Shown here: in pieces, positions 9,566 through 19,363 of the stretch
Layout: each line of letters begins with the position of its first letter
Position numbering within the stretch: the first letter of the stretch is position 1
From: an uncultured Actinomycetota bacterium
GTDB taxonomy: Bacteria > Actinomycetota > Humimicrobiia > Humimicrobiales > Humimicrobiaceae
NCBI GenBank assembly: GCA_964616545.1
Contig: CAZTUA010000053.1
Location: forward strand, 15,061-79,060
Reading direction: 5' to 3'
DNA: 64,000 bases
The notes under the pieces: generated by a model
Database searches by the model: none
The model's input: only the letters and a program-made list of their open reading frames with translations
What the model was told of the DNA's origin: nothing
Translations under genes and position numbers: made by a program

Positions 9566-11470
9566 CTATACATCTATAAAAGAAACCCCTCTTGCGTTTT
9601 TCTCAATAAATTCTCTCCTCGGCTCCACTTTATTTCCCATTAGAGTTGAAAAAACATCATCCGCAATCAGTGCGTCCTCAATTTCAACCTTGAGAAGGGT
9701 CCTTGCTTCAGGATTCATTGTTGTCTCCCACAGCTGCTCCGGGTCCATTTCTCCGAGACCCTTGTATTGCTGAACAGCAATTTTTTTATTTTCATATCTC
9801 TTCTTGAATCCCTCGAGCTCTTTATCGCTATAGGCATAAGAAACCTGCTTATCGCTTTTAACCTGATATAGAGGCGGCTGGGCTATATATACATAGCCGG
9901 AATCGATTAATTCCGGCATGTAGCGGTAAAGAAAAGTTAGAATTAAAGTTCTTATATGGGCTCCATCCACATCGGCATCGGTCATTATTATTATCTTATG
10001 GTACCTGGCGTTCTTAATATCAAAATCTTCGCCGACTCCGGAACCCATGGCTGTTACTATGGCCTGGATTTCCTGGCTGCTTAATATTTTATTTAACCTG
10101 GCTTTCTCAACATTTAAAATCTTGCCCTTTAAAGGGAGGATTGCCTGGAACCTTCTATCCCTGGCCTGTTTTGCGCTGCCTCCTGCCGAATCGCCCTCAA
10201 CCAGGAACAATTCACAGTATTTGGGGTCATTTATGGAACAATCGGAAAGCTTTCCTGGAAGTGAGCTGCTTTCCAGCAGCGACTTCTTCCTGGTAAGGTC
10301 CTTTGCTTTTTTTGCTGCTGCTCTTGCCCTGAAGGCTTCCATGCACTTGCTAACTATTACCCTGCCTATTGCCGGGTTTTCTCCCAAAAATTCAGAAAGT
10401 TTTGAATTCACGGTAGATTCAACAAAACCCTTAATTTCACTATTGCCCAGCTTGGTTTTGGTCTGTCCCTCAAATTGCGGGTTCTTTAGCTTTACGCTGA
10501 TTATTGCAGTCAGCCCTTCCCTTATGTCTTCACCCTGAAAATTTTCATCCTTTTCCTTAAGTATGTTGGCATTTCGGGCATAATCATTTATTGTCCTTGT
10601 AAGCGCACCTTTAAAGCCGCTCAGGTGCGTCCCGCCTTCAGTTGTATTTATATTGTTGGCAAATGAAAAGATACTCTCTGAGTAGCCGTTTGTATATTGC
10701 ATTGCAACTTCTACTTCATGGCTGGAAACTGCATTTTTAAAATATATTACTTTTTTATGGAGGATATCTTTCTTCTCGCATAAATACTTTACAAAATCCT
10801 CTATCCCCCCGTTATAATGAAATACTTCCTTTTTTTCCGGCTTTATTCTTGAATCTACAAGTGTAATCTTTAAACCTTTATTCAAAAAAGCCATTTCCTT
10901 CATCCGGCTGGAAAGTATCTCAAATTTGTAATCTATCTCTTCAAATATCTCCCTGTCAGGATAGAAGGAAATTGCCGTACCGTGGGTATTTGTTTTCTCA
11001 CCTTTTACAAGGTCCCCGGCAGGCTCTCCTCTTTTAAAATCCTGTCTGTAGATATTTCCGTCCCTTCTCACTTCCACACTCAGTTTTTCCGAGAGTGCAT
11101 TTACAACAGAAACTCCAACACCATGCAATCCTCCGGATACTTTGTAGCCTGCTCCCCCGAATTTACCTCCGGCGTGCAGCTTTGTTAAAACTATTTCAAC
11201 AGCCGGCCTGTTGAATTTTTCAACTTTTTTTACAGGAATACCGCGGCCATTATCCACAACGGTTACAGAATTATCTTCTTTTAACACAACCAATACATTA
11301 TCACAGTATCCGGCCATTGCCTCATCTATGCTGTTATCTATAACCTCGTAGATAAGATGATGCAGCCCTCTTGAACCCGTAGAGCCAATGTACATGCTCG
11401 GCCTTCTTCTGACTGCGGAAAGACCCTCAAGAACGGTTATGTCTTTTGCATCATAACTCGATTTTTTCAA
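9566..11470 (-). CDS. gyrB: DNA gyrase subunit B
   Basis: 634 aa; GHKL ATPase N-terminus (YDAKDITVLEGLSAVRRRPSMYIGST), TOPRIM EGDSAGG and PLKGK motifs. Confidence 0.95.
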   Translation of the reverse strand: MKKSSYDAKDITVLEGLSAVRRRPSMYIGSTGSRGLHHLIYEVIDNSIDEAMAGYCDNVLVVLKEDNSVTVVDNGRGIPVKKVEKFNRPAVEIVLTKLHAGGKFGGAGYKVSGGLHGVGVSVVNALSEKLSVEVRRDGNIYRQDFKRGEPAGDLVKGEKTNTHGTAISFYPDREIFEEIDYKFEILSSRMKEMAFLNKGLKITLVDSRIKPEKKEVFHYNGGIEDFVKYLCEKKDILHKKVIYFKNAVSSHEVEVAMQYTNGYSESIFSFANNINTTEGGTHLSGFKGALTRTINDYARNANILKEKDENFQGEDIREGLTAIISVKLKNPQFEGQTKTKLGNSEIKGFVESTVNSKLSEFLGENPAIGRVIVSKCMEAFRARAAAKKAKDLTRKKSLLESSSLPGKLSDCSINDPKYCELFLVEGDSAGGSAKQARDRRFQAILPLKGKILNVEKARLNKILSSQEIQAIVTAMGSGVGEDFDIKNARYHKIIIMTDADVDGAHIRTLILTFLYRYMPELIDSGYVYIAQPPLYQVKSDKQVSYAYSDKELEGFKKRYENKKIAVQQYKGLGEMDPEQLWETTMNPEARTLLKVEIEDALIADDVFSTLMGNKVEPRREFIEKNARGVSFIDV

Positions 11471-11680
11471 AAAAACCTCCAGCTTTCTGTTAATTTCTCT
11501 TATATTAGATACATAAATAAAGGGTAATAAGTAAGTAAAAAAAAACCATTTTAATACCCATTACCCTTGCTTGCCTGAATATAAATTATTTTCCAATAAT
11601 GTTTATGGTAATTTTAATATTTATTATCAAATATTATACCATATTTCCCCCGAAATTTGACTAAAACAGGGTGATAAATT

Positions 11681-11992
11681 TTAAAGATTTTGCCTGAATT
11701 TTATCCTTTTGACGGCATCTTCGCCAATAAAGGAGTTAATCCTTTCAACCAGCCGTGCAGACATCATATTAAGTTCATTCGCCCATGTAGAACTGGCTAC
11801 CGATACATATAAAGTATTTCTGCTTATCCTTTCAGGTTTTGTTTTTTTGCTTATTTCGCTACCTACTATTTCTTCCCAGTGGCTAAATATTTTAGAGGTT
11901 TTTAATCTTGAGCCAATATTTAAATCCTTTACCACATCATTTATTATGCTTCCTATATCCTTTATTTCTTTCATGTTTATATTATAATCCAT
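11681..11992 (-). CDS. DUF721 domain protein (RemB/YaaB-like, conserved between recF and gyrB)
   Basis: 103 aa; position between recF and gyrB is the conserved Firmicutes synteny; sequence WEEIVG..ISKKTKPERI..TLYVSVASSTWANEL matches DUF721. Confidence 0.75.
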   Translation of the reverse strand: MDYNINMKEIKDIGSIINDVVKDLNIGSRLKTSKIFSHWEEIVGSEISKKTKPERISRNTLYVSVASSTWANELNMMSARLVERINSFIGEDAVKRIKFRQNL

Positions 11993-12002
11993 CTACAGTG
12001 CT

Positions 12003-13187
12003 TTATAAATCCAGAACTGTAACCTTATTGTCTTTAACAAGCAGCCTGCTCCCGAATTCAAGATCAATCTTATCAAGATAGCTCATATTTGTAGTGGTTA
12101 CAAATGTCTGGAATTTATTCTTAACCGCTCTTACGAGTATTTTTTTTCTTTCTATGTCAAGCTCCGAAAACACATCATCCAGAAGAAGGACCGGGTCCCT
12201 TTTTATTTTTTTTCTCAATACATCCATTTCACAGAGTTTTAAACTTATTGAAGCAATTCTCTGCTGCCCCTGCGACCCGAAACATCTCACATTCTTCCCG
12301 CCAAGCAAAATTACAAAATCATCTCTGTGGGGTCCCACCCTTGTATTTTTATACTGCAGGTCCCTTTCAATGCTGTCTTTTAATTTACGGCCAAAAGTCT
12401 CTTCAAGGTTTTTAATCATTGAACTATCCCCGTCCCGGGCCTCTCTTTCAGTAAAGTCCAGAAGACTATCCGGCGCACTTTCCCTGTCCCAGCTGAAAAC
12501 ATAAAATATATCCGCGGAAGCTTCCTTAAAAAAACTTTTCATATAATTTTTGAATTCAGATTTTATTTCATTTATCAGCCTGAACCTTTTTTTCATGATA
12601 TCCGTTCCGTACTTTACCAGATTGTCATTCCACACTTCCAGGGATGAATTAATTCCTGTATCAATCTTTCCGCCGATGCTTTTAATGAGGCTGGTCCTGT
12701 GGGCAAGTATTTTCTGGTATTGCAGTCTCTGCCTGTAATAGCTCCTGTCGGTTTTTTCAAGCACGCCATCAAGAAAATTTCTCCTTTCAGACGGCCCGTA
12801 TTTTACAATCCTCATATCATCCGGAGAGAATATTACTGAAGGGAGCATTGATATAAAATCTGTTTTCTTCCTCCGGTTTATTTTATCCACTCTTATTCTT
12901 GTATTGTTGTCCTTACGTAGTTCTATCTCAATAAAATGCTCCAGCCCATCATTCTCCCCGGAGTCCACTATTGCCTTTATGAAGGAATAGCTGCTTGCCC
13001 AGTTAATAATTTCATCCTGGGTGTAAGTTCTGTGAGACCTGCCTGTGGACAGGTAATGTATGGATTCCAGCAGATTTGTCTTGCCATCTCCATTATTTCC
13101 AAGAATCAAAACGGTATTTTTATCAAAATTTAAATTGATATGATGGTAATTTCTGTAATTTTTTAATTCTAATTTTTTTAAATACAC
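12003..13187 (-). CDS. recF: DNA replication and repair protein RecF
   Basis: 394 aa; N-terminal Walker A GNNGDGKTNLLESI, SMC-like signature and Walker B LLLDDVFSELD. Confidence 0.9.
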   Translation of the reverse strand: MYLKKLELKNYRNYHHINLNFDKNTVLILGNNGDGKTNLLESIHYLSTGRSHRTYTQDEIINWASSYSFIKAIVDSGENDGLEHFIEIELRKDNNTRIRVDKINRRKKTDFISMLPSVIFSPDDMRIVKYGPSERRNFLDGVLEKTDRSYYRQRLQYQKILAHRTSLIKSIGGKIDTGINSSLEVWNDNLVKYGTDIMKKRFRLINEIKSEFKNYMKSFFKEASADIFYVFSWDRESAPDSLLDFTEREARDGDSSMIKNLEETFGRKLKDSIERDLQYKNTRVGPHRDDFVILLGGKNVRCFGSQGQQRIASISLKLCEMDVLRKKIKRDPVLLLDDVFSELDIERKKILVRAVKNKFQTFVTTTNMSYLDKIDLEFGSRLLVKDNKVTVLDL

Positions 13188-13438
13188 AATATTAAATATA
13201 GCATAAAATATATACTTTCTGCCTTAAATAATTTTTGTTCCGCCGGCAAAGCCGCATCGTTGCAGATTATTAATCATCAATTACTACCGGCCAGCAAATT
13301 TTTTTAAACAGACTATATTAAACCCGCGGTACGGCAACCTTGATTCTTATCTTTTAACTTTCTATTAATAATATCATTTATAGATTAAAAATTTAATTTT
13401 ACAGAGCGCTTATTTTGTTACAATTATTATAAATATTC

Positions 13439-13447
13439 TGTTATAAT
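13439..13447 (+). promoter_or_regulatory. Candidate extended -10 promoter (TGtTATAAT) for the formate dehydrogenase operon
   Basis: ctgTTATAAT ~70 nt upstream of the NuoE-like gene ATG; no good -35, consistent with extended -10 class. Confidence 0.3.
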
Positions 13448-13518
13448 TTTTGAAAACAAACCGGGAAAGTTTAAGTGTTTTAAAAAATTTTCTCTGTTTA
13501 AAAAGGAAAAACTATACT

Positions 13519-14019
13519 ATGGCAATAAGGATTTCTGATTTACCGGAATATAGATTAAAAACAGAAGAAATAAAAAAAATTAACAGCATAATACAGAAAA
13601 ATCGCGGCAAAAAAGAAGCTTTAATTCCGGTACTACAGAAAATACAGAAAGATGTTGGCTTCTTATCTGTAGAAACTCAGAAAAAGGTAGCAGATGCTTT
13701 AGAGCTTCCTGAAAAGGATGTTTACGGAGTAGTGACTTTCTACTCATTCTTTTCAATGACTCCAAGAGGAAAGAATAATATAAGAGTCTGCCTTGGGACT
13801 GCATGTTTTGTAAAAGGCGGTAAAAAAATATTAGATAAGATAATAAGAGAATTAAAAATCAAACCGGGCCAGACCACCTCCGATAGAATATATACCCTGC
13901 AGGTTAATCGTTGTCTTGGAGCATGCGGACTTGCTCCAATAGTTGTGATAAATGATAAAATTTTTCAGAAGGTAAATCCTGAAAAAGTTATGGATATAAT
14001 ATATTCTTATAAAAAATAA
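13519..14019 (+). CDS. NuoE-like thioredoxin-fold [2Fe-2S] subunit (FdsG/HndA-type)
   Basis: Cys motifs CLGTAC and CLGACGLAP; ALIPVLQKIQ N-terminal NuoE block; ATG at 13519 chosen over upstream in-frame TTG at 13450 because the latter overlaps the putative promoter. Confidence 0.75.
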   Translation: MAIRISDLPEYRLKTEEIKKINSIIQKNRGKKEALIPVLQKIQKDVGFLSVETQKKVADALELPEKDVYGVVTFYSFFSMTPRGKNNIRVCLGTACFVKGGKKILDKIIRELKIKPGQTTSDRIYTLQVNRCLGACGLAPIVVINDKIFQKVNPEKVMDIIYSYKK

Positions 14020-14074
14020 AAAATATTCTTTTAAATTACCCTGATATCCGGGCTTTAAAAAGAAGAGGTTTAAT

Positions 14075-15790
14075 TTGTTGAATAAGAAACCGATAAAAAT
14101 AAAAACAAAAGATGATCTTTTTAAAATAAAGAAAGAAACAACTAAAAAAAAGAATCTGAGCTCTTCAGGAACAGGATACAGAATAACGGTACACCTTGGA
14201 ACATGCGGTATCGCTTCAGGTGCTGATATTATAAAAGACCGGGTAAAAAAAGAACTAAATTTAAGAAATAAAAGTAGCATTGATTTTACCACTTCCGGAT
14301 GTGTGGGATTCTGTGCCCTGGAGCCGATGTTAACCATTGAATCATACCATATGGGGCCTGTTATTTATCATAGCCTTGATAAAGATAAAGTTAAAAGGAT
14401 CTTTAATGCACACATAGACAATGGAAAAATACTGGAAGAACTTGAACCCATAACAGAAGATTCCCCGCTCTCAAACTTTTATAAATACCAGGAATCCCGT
14501 GTTTTAAGAAACAGGGGGAAAATAGACCCCTTTAAAATTGAAGATTATATCACAAATGATGGATATCTCGCGCTCGCAAAAGTTATTGAGAGCGGCAGTC
14601 CTGAAAGAATAGTAAAAACTATTTCAGAATCAGGCCTTCGCGGCCGGGGAGGAGCAGGCTTTCCCACGGGAGCCAAGTGGGAGTTCTGCAGAAAGGCTCA
14701 ATCAAAAAATGGAGTTAAATATGTAATATGTAACGGTGACGAAGGGGACCCCGGTGCTTTCATGGACAGGAACCTGCTTGAATCAGATCCGCATTCTATC
14801 CTTGAAGGAATGATTATTGCAGCTTATTCAATTGGTTCAAATAAAGGTTATCTTTATATAAGAGCGGAATACCCTCTTGCAGTAAAAACAATGAAGCATG
14901 CAATAAGTCAGGCAAAAAATTATGGCCTTATAGGGAAAAATATACTGAACAGCGGCTTTAATTTTGAAGTTGAAATATATGAGGGCGCAGGAGCATTTGT
15001 ATGCGGCGAAGAAACCGCACTTATAAATTCAATTGAAGGTAAAAGAGGCATGCCCAGACCCAAACCTCCTTATCCTGCAAATGAAGGACTTTTTGGAGAG
15101 CCTACTCTTATAAATAATGTTGAAACCCTATCAAATATCCCACAGATAATCCTGAAGGGAGCTAAATGGTTCAGCAGCATCGGGACTGAAACAAGTAAAG
15201 GAACCAAAATATTTGCTCTTGCAGGAGCTGTTAAAAATGTGGGTCTGGTTGAAGTTCCTATGGGAATGACCTTAAGGGATATCATTTATAAAATTGGAGG
15301 TGGGATACCTGAGGGAAAAAATTTTAAAGCAGCGCAGTTCGGGGGGCCATCGGGAGGATGCATACCCCGCAAATTTTTAGATATACCTATTGATTACGAA
15401 AAAATAAAAGAGGCAGGTTCTATTATGGGCTCCGGCGGGATGATAGTTATTGATGAAGAAACCTGTATGGTAAACCTTGCAAGGTATTTTATGGATTTTA
15501 TTCAGGATGAATCATGCGGCCAGTGTGTCCCATGCAGAATAGGGACCAGAAGAATGCTGGAAATTTTAGAGAAAATAACACAGGGCAAGGGCAGTGAAGA
15601 CAGTATTGAAAAACTTGAAAAATTATCAGCTGTTATTAAAGAAACTTCTCTCTGTGGATTGGGAAAAACCGCCCCAAATCCTGTAATGAGCACTATAAAA
15701 TATTTTAGAGAAGAATTTGAAGAACATATCAGAACCCAAAAATCATGCAAAAGGCTTCATGCAAAAAAAGAAAAAAGTATAAAAACATAA
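14075..15790 (+). CDS. NuoF-like NAD(H)/FMN-binding subunit with N-terminal [2Fe-2S] domain (FdsB/HndC-type)
   Basis: 571 aa; GRGGAGFPTGAKW FMN/NADH site, ESCGQCVPCR 4Fe-4S motif; apparent TTG start after AGAAGAGG RBS; lacks C-terminal 2x[4Fe-4S] ferredoxin extension. Confidence 0.8.
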   Translation: MLNKKPIKIKTKDDLFKIKKETTKKKNLSSSGTGYRITVHLGTCGIASGADIIKDRVKKELNLRNKSSIDFTTSGCVGFCALEPMLTIESYHMGPVIYHSLDKDKVKRIFNAHIDNGKILEELEPITEDSPLSNFYKYQESRVLRNRGKIDPFKIEDYITNDGYLALAKVIESGSPERIVKTISESGLRGRGGAGFPTGAKWEFCRKAQSKNGVKYVICNGDEGDPGAFMDRNLLESDPHSILEGMIIAAYSIGSNKGYLYIRAEYPLAVKTMKHAISQAKNYGLIGKNILNSGFNFEVEIYEGAGAFVCGEETALINSIEGKRGMPRPKPPYPANEGLFGEPTLINNVETLSNIPQIILKGAKWFSSIGTETSKGTKIFALAGAVKNVGLVEVPMGMTLRDIIYKIGGGIPEGKNFKAAQFGGPSGGCIPRKFLDIPIDYEKIKEAGSIMGSGGMIVIDEETCMVNLARYFMDFIQDESCGQCVPCRIGTRRMLEILEKITQGKGSEDSIEKLEKLSAVIKETSLCGLGKTAPNPVMSTIKYFREEFEEHIRTQKSCKRLHAKKEKSIKT

Positions 15791-15808
15791 ATTCTATTTT
15801 TATAAGAT

Positions 15809-18511
15809 ATGAAAAATTCAAGTAATAAAATAAAAATTACCATTAACAGCAAACCCTATTACTGCTCGCCGGGATGCAGTGTTCTTGAAGCCTGTCTTGA
15901 GAATAATATTTTTGTTCCCCACCTGTGCTATGACCCGAGACTCAAATCTCAGGGAGCATGCAGGCTCTGCGTTGTTGAGATAGAAGGAATGCCGGAAGCA
16001 GCTGCTTCGTGTGTAACACAGGTAAGAGAAGGAATGAAAGTCAGGACAGACACCCCCCGCATAAGAGAGCTCGTAAAAACAAATCTTGAGCTGATAATAT
16101 CAGACCATCCTCTTGATTGCATGACCTGTGAGTCATCAGGAGATTGCATGCTGCAGGACCTTGCTTATATTTATGGCATTAAAGAAGTTCCATATAAGGG
16201 GAAAATCCATGAAAAGAAAGTTCTTGAAGATAATCCCTTTATACTAAGAGATAACCAGAAATGCATACTCTGCGGCAGATGTGTAAGAATGTGTGATGAA
16301 ATTGTGGGAGCCAGCGCCATTGGTTATGCCGGTAGGGGCTTTGAGAGTGAAATAGTTCCCGCATTTGAACAATCATTAAAAGAAACAGACTGTGTATTCT
16401 GCGGTAATTGCATCTCAACCTGCCCATCCGGCGCACTGCAGTCAAAACCTTACGCTGGCAAAGCCCGCATCTCCGGAACAGAAAAAATTCAGACCGTCTG
16501 CCCCTACTGCGGAGTGGGCTGTATAATTGATCTACATATCAGGAATAATAAAATTGTAAATGTAACCTCGGAAGTAGGAAAACATGTAAATAAAGGCAGT
16601 CTCTGCGTTAAAGGAAAATTCGGGCATGAATTTGTAGACAGCCCGGAAAGGCTTAAAGATCCCCTGATAAAAACACGGGACAGCGGATTTAAAAAAATAA
16701 GCTGGGAGAAAGCAATAGAAACTGTTTCGGACAGGCTGAGGACAATAAAGGATAAATACGGACCTGACTCTGTTGCTGTTTTAAGCTCTGCGAAGTGTAC
16801 AAATGAAGAAAATTTTTTAATGTCTAAATTAGCCCGGGCTGCAATCGGGACCAACAACATAGACCACTGCGCCCGCCTCTGCCATGCATCAACAATCACC
16901 GGTCTGGTGCAAACTTTTGGAAGCGGAGCAATGACAAATTCAATTGAGGATATAAAATGCGCTGATGCTGCTATAATAATCGGTTCAAATACAACGGAAG
17001 CTCACCCTGTGATAGGATATGAGATTATAAGGTGTGTTCAGGAAAATGGACTGAAACTTATCGTAATAGACCCGAGAAATATTCCCATAACAAAATATGC
17101 AGCTGTTCACCTGAGGCAAAAACCTGGAACTGATACTGCTGTTATTCTGGGAATTATAAAACTTATCTATGAGAACAATCTGCATGATAAAAATTTTATT
17201 GAAACAAGAACTGAACTTTTTGATGATTTTATAAAATGTTTTTCATCGTATACCCCCGAAAAAGTAGCAAAAATCTCCGGAGTTAACATTGCAGATCTTG
17301 TAAAGGCCGCGGATATTTATGGATCAGCAGAGAATGCTTCCATATTTTATGCAATGGGAATCACCCAGCATACATCCGGCACAGATAATGTCGTAGCCCT
17401 TGCAGACCTTGCGCTGCTTACCGGTAATATTGGCAGAAAAGGTACGGGTGTTAATCCATTGAGAGGCCAGAATAATGTACAGGGTGCATGTGATATGGGT
17501 GCGCTGCCGGACCTGCTGAGCGGTTATCAGAGTATTGAAAATGACGAATTGAGGTTGAAATTTGAAAATAAATGGTCAGTGAGTTTACCTGCTAAAAAGG
17601 GTCTGACCGTAACCGAGATCATTGACGGGGCATATTCGGGCAGCATTAAAGCTCTTTATATAATGGGCGAAAATATAATGCTCAGTGACCCTGATTTATT
17701 ACATGTGGCCGCAGCCCTGAAGAAACTTGAATTCCTGGTTGTCCAGGATATTTTCCTGACAGAAACGGGAGAGTTTGCCGATATTGTCCTGCCTGGAGCA
17801 TGTTTTGCAGAAAAAGACGGTACATTCACAAATACAGACAGGAGAATCCAGAGAGTCAGAAAAGCCATTGAGCCTCCAGGTAATTCTATGGCTGACTGGG
17901 AAATTATCAGTATGCTCTCAAACCGCATGGGTTATCCTATGAGCTATAACCACCCTTCGGAGATTATGGATGAAATTGCTTCTCTTACGCCAATATACGG
18001 AGGTATAAATTATAGTAGAATTGATATTGAAGCTTTACAATGGCCCTGCAGGAACTATAGTGACACAGGAACAGATATTCTTCATGTAGATAATTTTACA
18101 AGAGGCAGAGGTAGATTTATTCCCTTCGGGTATTCCCCTCCTGCTGAGACCCCGACCGGTGATTACCCCTTTATTCTTACTACCGGAAGAATTTTATACC
18201 ATTTCCACACCAGAACGATGACCGGCAGGGTTAGCGGTTTAAATGAAATTGCCCCGATAAATCTTGTCCAGATAAATGAAGATGATGCAAAAAGTCTTAA
18301 AATTAAAAGCGGAGATACCGTGGAAGTTAGCTCAAAAAGGGGAAAAATTACTGTATCATCACTGGTAAGTCCGAAAATAAAAAAAGGAGTTGTATTTATA
18401 CCGTTTCATTATGCAAGCTCTCCTGCCAATCTCCTGACCAACCCGGCTCTGGACCCCAGAGCAAAAATACCGGAATTTAAGGCCTGTGCCGTAAATTTAA
18501 GAAAAATTTAA
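15809..18511 (+). CDS. fdhA: Formate dehydrogenase catalytic (alpha) subunit, Mo/W-bisPGD, NAD-linked FdsA/FdhA-type, cysteine variant
   Basis: 900 aa; N-terminal NuoG-like 2Fe-2S + 4Fe-4S domains, MopB domain; active-site context HCARLCHAS has Cys at the position that is Sec in selenoenzymes (no in-frame TGA). Confidence 0.85.
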   Translation: MKNSSNKIKITINSKPYYCSPGCSVLEACLENNIFVPHLCYDPRLKSQGACRLCVVEIEGMPEAAASCVTQVREGMKVRTDTPRIRELVKTNLELIISDHPLDCMTCESSGDCMLQDLAYIYGIKEVPYKGKIHEKKVLEDNPFILRDNQKCILCGRCVRMCDEIVGASAIGYAGRGFESEIVPAFEQSLKETDCVFCGNCISTCPSGALQSKPYAGKARISGTEKIQTVCPYCGVGCIIDLHIRNNKIVNVTSEVGKHVNKGSLCVKGKFGHEFVDSPERLKDPLIKTRDSGFKKISWEKAIETVSDRLRTIKDKYGPDSVAVLSSAKCTNEENFLMSKLARAAIGTNNIDHCARLCHASTITGLVQTFGSGAMTNSIEDIKCADAAIIIGSNTTEAHPVIGYEIIRCVQENGLKLIVIDPRNIPITKYAAVHLRQKPGTDTAVILGIIKLIYENNLHDKNFIETRTELFDDFIKCFSSYTPEKVAKISGVNIADLVKAADIYGSAENASIFYAMGITQHTSGTDNVVALADLALLTGNIGRKGTGVNPLRGQNNVQGACDMGALPDLLSGYQSIENDELRLKFENKWSVSLPAKKGLTVTEIIDGAYSGSIKALYIMGENIMLSDPDLLHVAAALKKLEFLVVQDIFLTETGEFADIVLPGACFAEKDGTFTNTDRRIQRVRKAIEPPGNSMADWEIISMLSNRMGYPMSYNHPSEIMDEIASLTPIYGGINYSRIDIEALQWPCRNYSDTGTDILHVDNFTRGRGRFIPFGYSPPAETPTGDYPFILTTGRILYHFHTRTMTGRVSGLNEIAPINLVQINEDDAKSLKIKSGDTVEVSSKRGKITVSSLVSPKIKKGVVFIPFHYASSPANLLTNPALDPRAKIPEFKACAVNLRKI

Positions 18512-18535
18512 AATTTATAACGGTAAAATAAAAAT

Positions 18536-19363
18536 TTGAAAAGTAAAATCCCGGACCCCGGGGAAAAAATTAAAATTCAAAAGATTAAAGCTTCCTCCGG
18601 CAGGTTAGATTTCCTTGATATTATACCCCGTGAAGTTCTCTGTTCAATTTCATTAAACAGCCATACCGTTTCCACAGTTTCATGTTCTCCTGTTAATCTA
18701 ATTGAGCTTGCTGCCGGCTACCTGATAAATAACGGTTATATCAAGAATTACTCTAATATCAAGCTTCTAAAGATTTGCAGCTATGATAGAACCGGCACAA
18801 TCGGAAGCAATGATTTATCCTTAAGAGTAGAAGTAGAAGCGGCATCAACCGGTTATGAAGGTAAACAATCCCGCAAACCTGAATCCATACTGCCAGAATG
18901 CAGCAGTATTGATGATTTTATTTCAAAAAAACGCTTAAAAAAAGTGGGAAGCAATCTCAGAGTTTCTTACAATATTATTTTAGGGTTGAATATGAAAATG
19001 GTGAACAGCCAGAAATATAAAAAAGAATTTGGAGGATTGCACAGTGCAGCTTTGTTTGATAAAGATGGAAGCCTTATAAATACCATAGAGGATATTGGAA
19101 GGCACAATTGTATTGATAAAATTGCAGGCTATATTTCTATAAAAGGCCTGCCCTCCGATAATAAGATTATATTCACTTCAGGAAGACTGAGCATTGACCT
19201 CGTATCCAAAATATGCAAAATGAAAATTCCGTTTATTATTACAAACTCATCTGTAACTTTAGGTTCCGCTATCCTTGCAAAAAAAATGAATCTAACCCTT
19301 ATCGGTTATGCACGGGGCGGCAGGTTTAATATTTATTCATCTCCACGGAGAATAACAAAGTGA
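18536..19363 (+). CDS. fdhD: Formate dehydrogenase accessory sulfurtransferase FdhD
   Basis: 275 aa; conserved GRHNCIDK motif and overall FdhD architecture; immediately downstream of fdhA. Confidence 0.8.
   Translation: MKSKIPDPGEKIKIQKIKASSGRLDFLDIIPREVLCSISLNSHTVSTVSCSPVNLIELAAGYLINNGYIKNYSNIKLLKICSYDRTGTIGSNDLSLRVEVEAASTGYEGKQSRKPESILPECSSIDDFISKKRLKKVGSNLRVSYNIILGLNMKMVNSQKYKKEFGGLHSAALFDKDGSLINTIEDIGRHNCIDKIAGYISIKGLPSDNKIIFTSGRLSIDLVSKICKMKIPFIITNSSVTLGSAILAKKMNLTLIGYARGGRFNIYSSPRRITK

Noticed and set aside
13188-13518. Possible oriC / DnaA-box cluster upstream of recF
   Set aside because: Scanned for TTATCCACA/TGTGGATAA-like 9-mers and found none. Region better explained as divergent promoters.
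13450-13518. TTG at 13450 as start of the NuoE-like gene (ORF-track start)
   Set aside because: Would add a 23-aa non-conserved extension and overlaps the best promoter candidate. ATG at 13519 matches NuoE N-termini.
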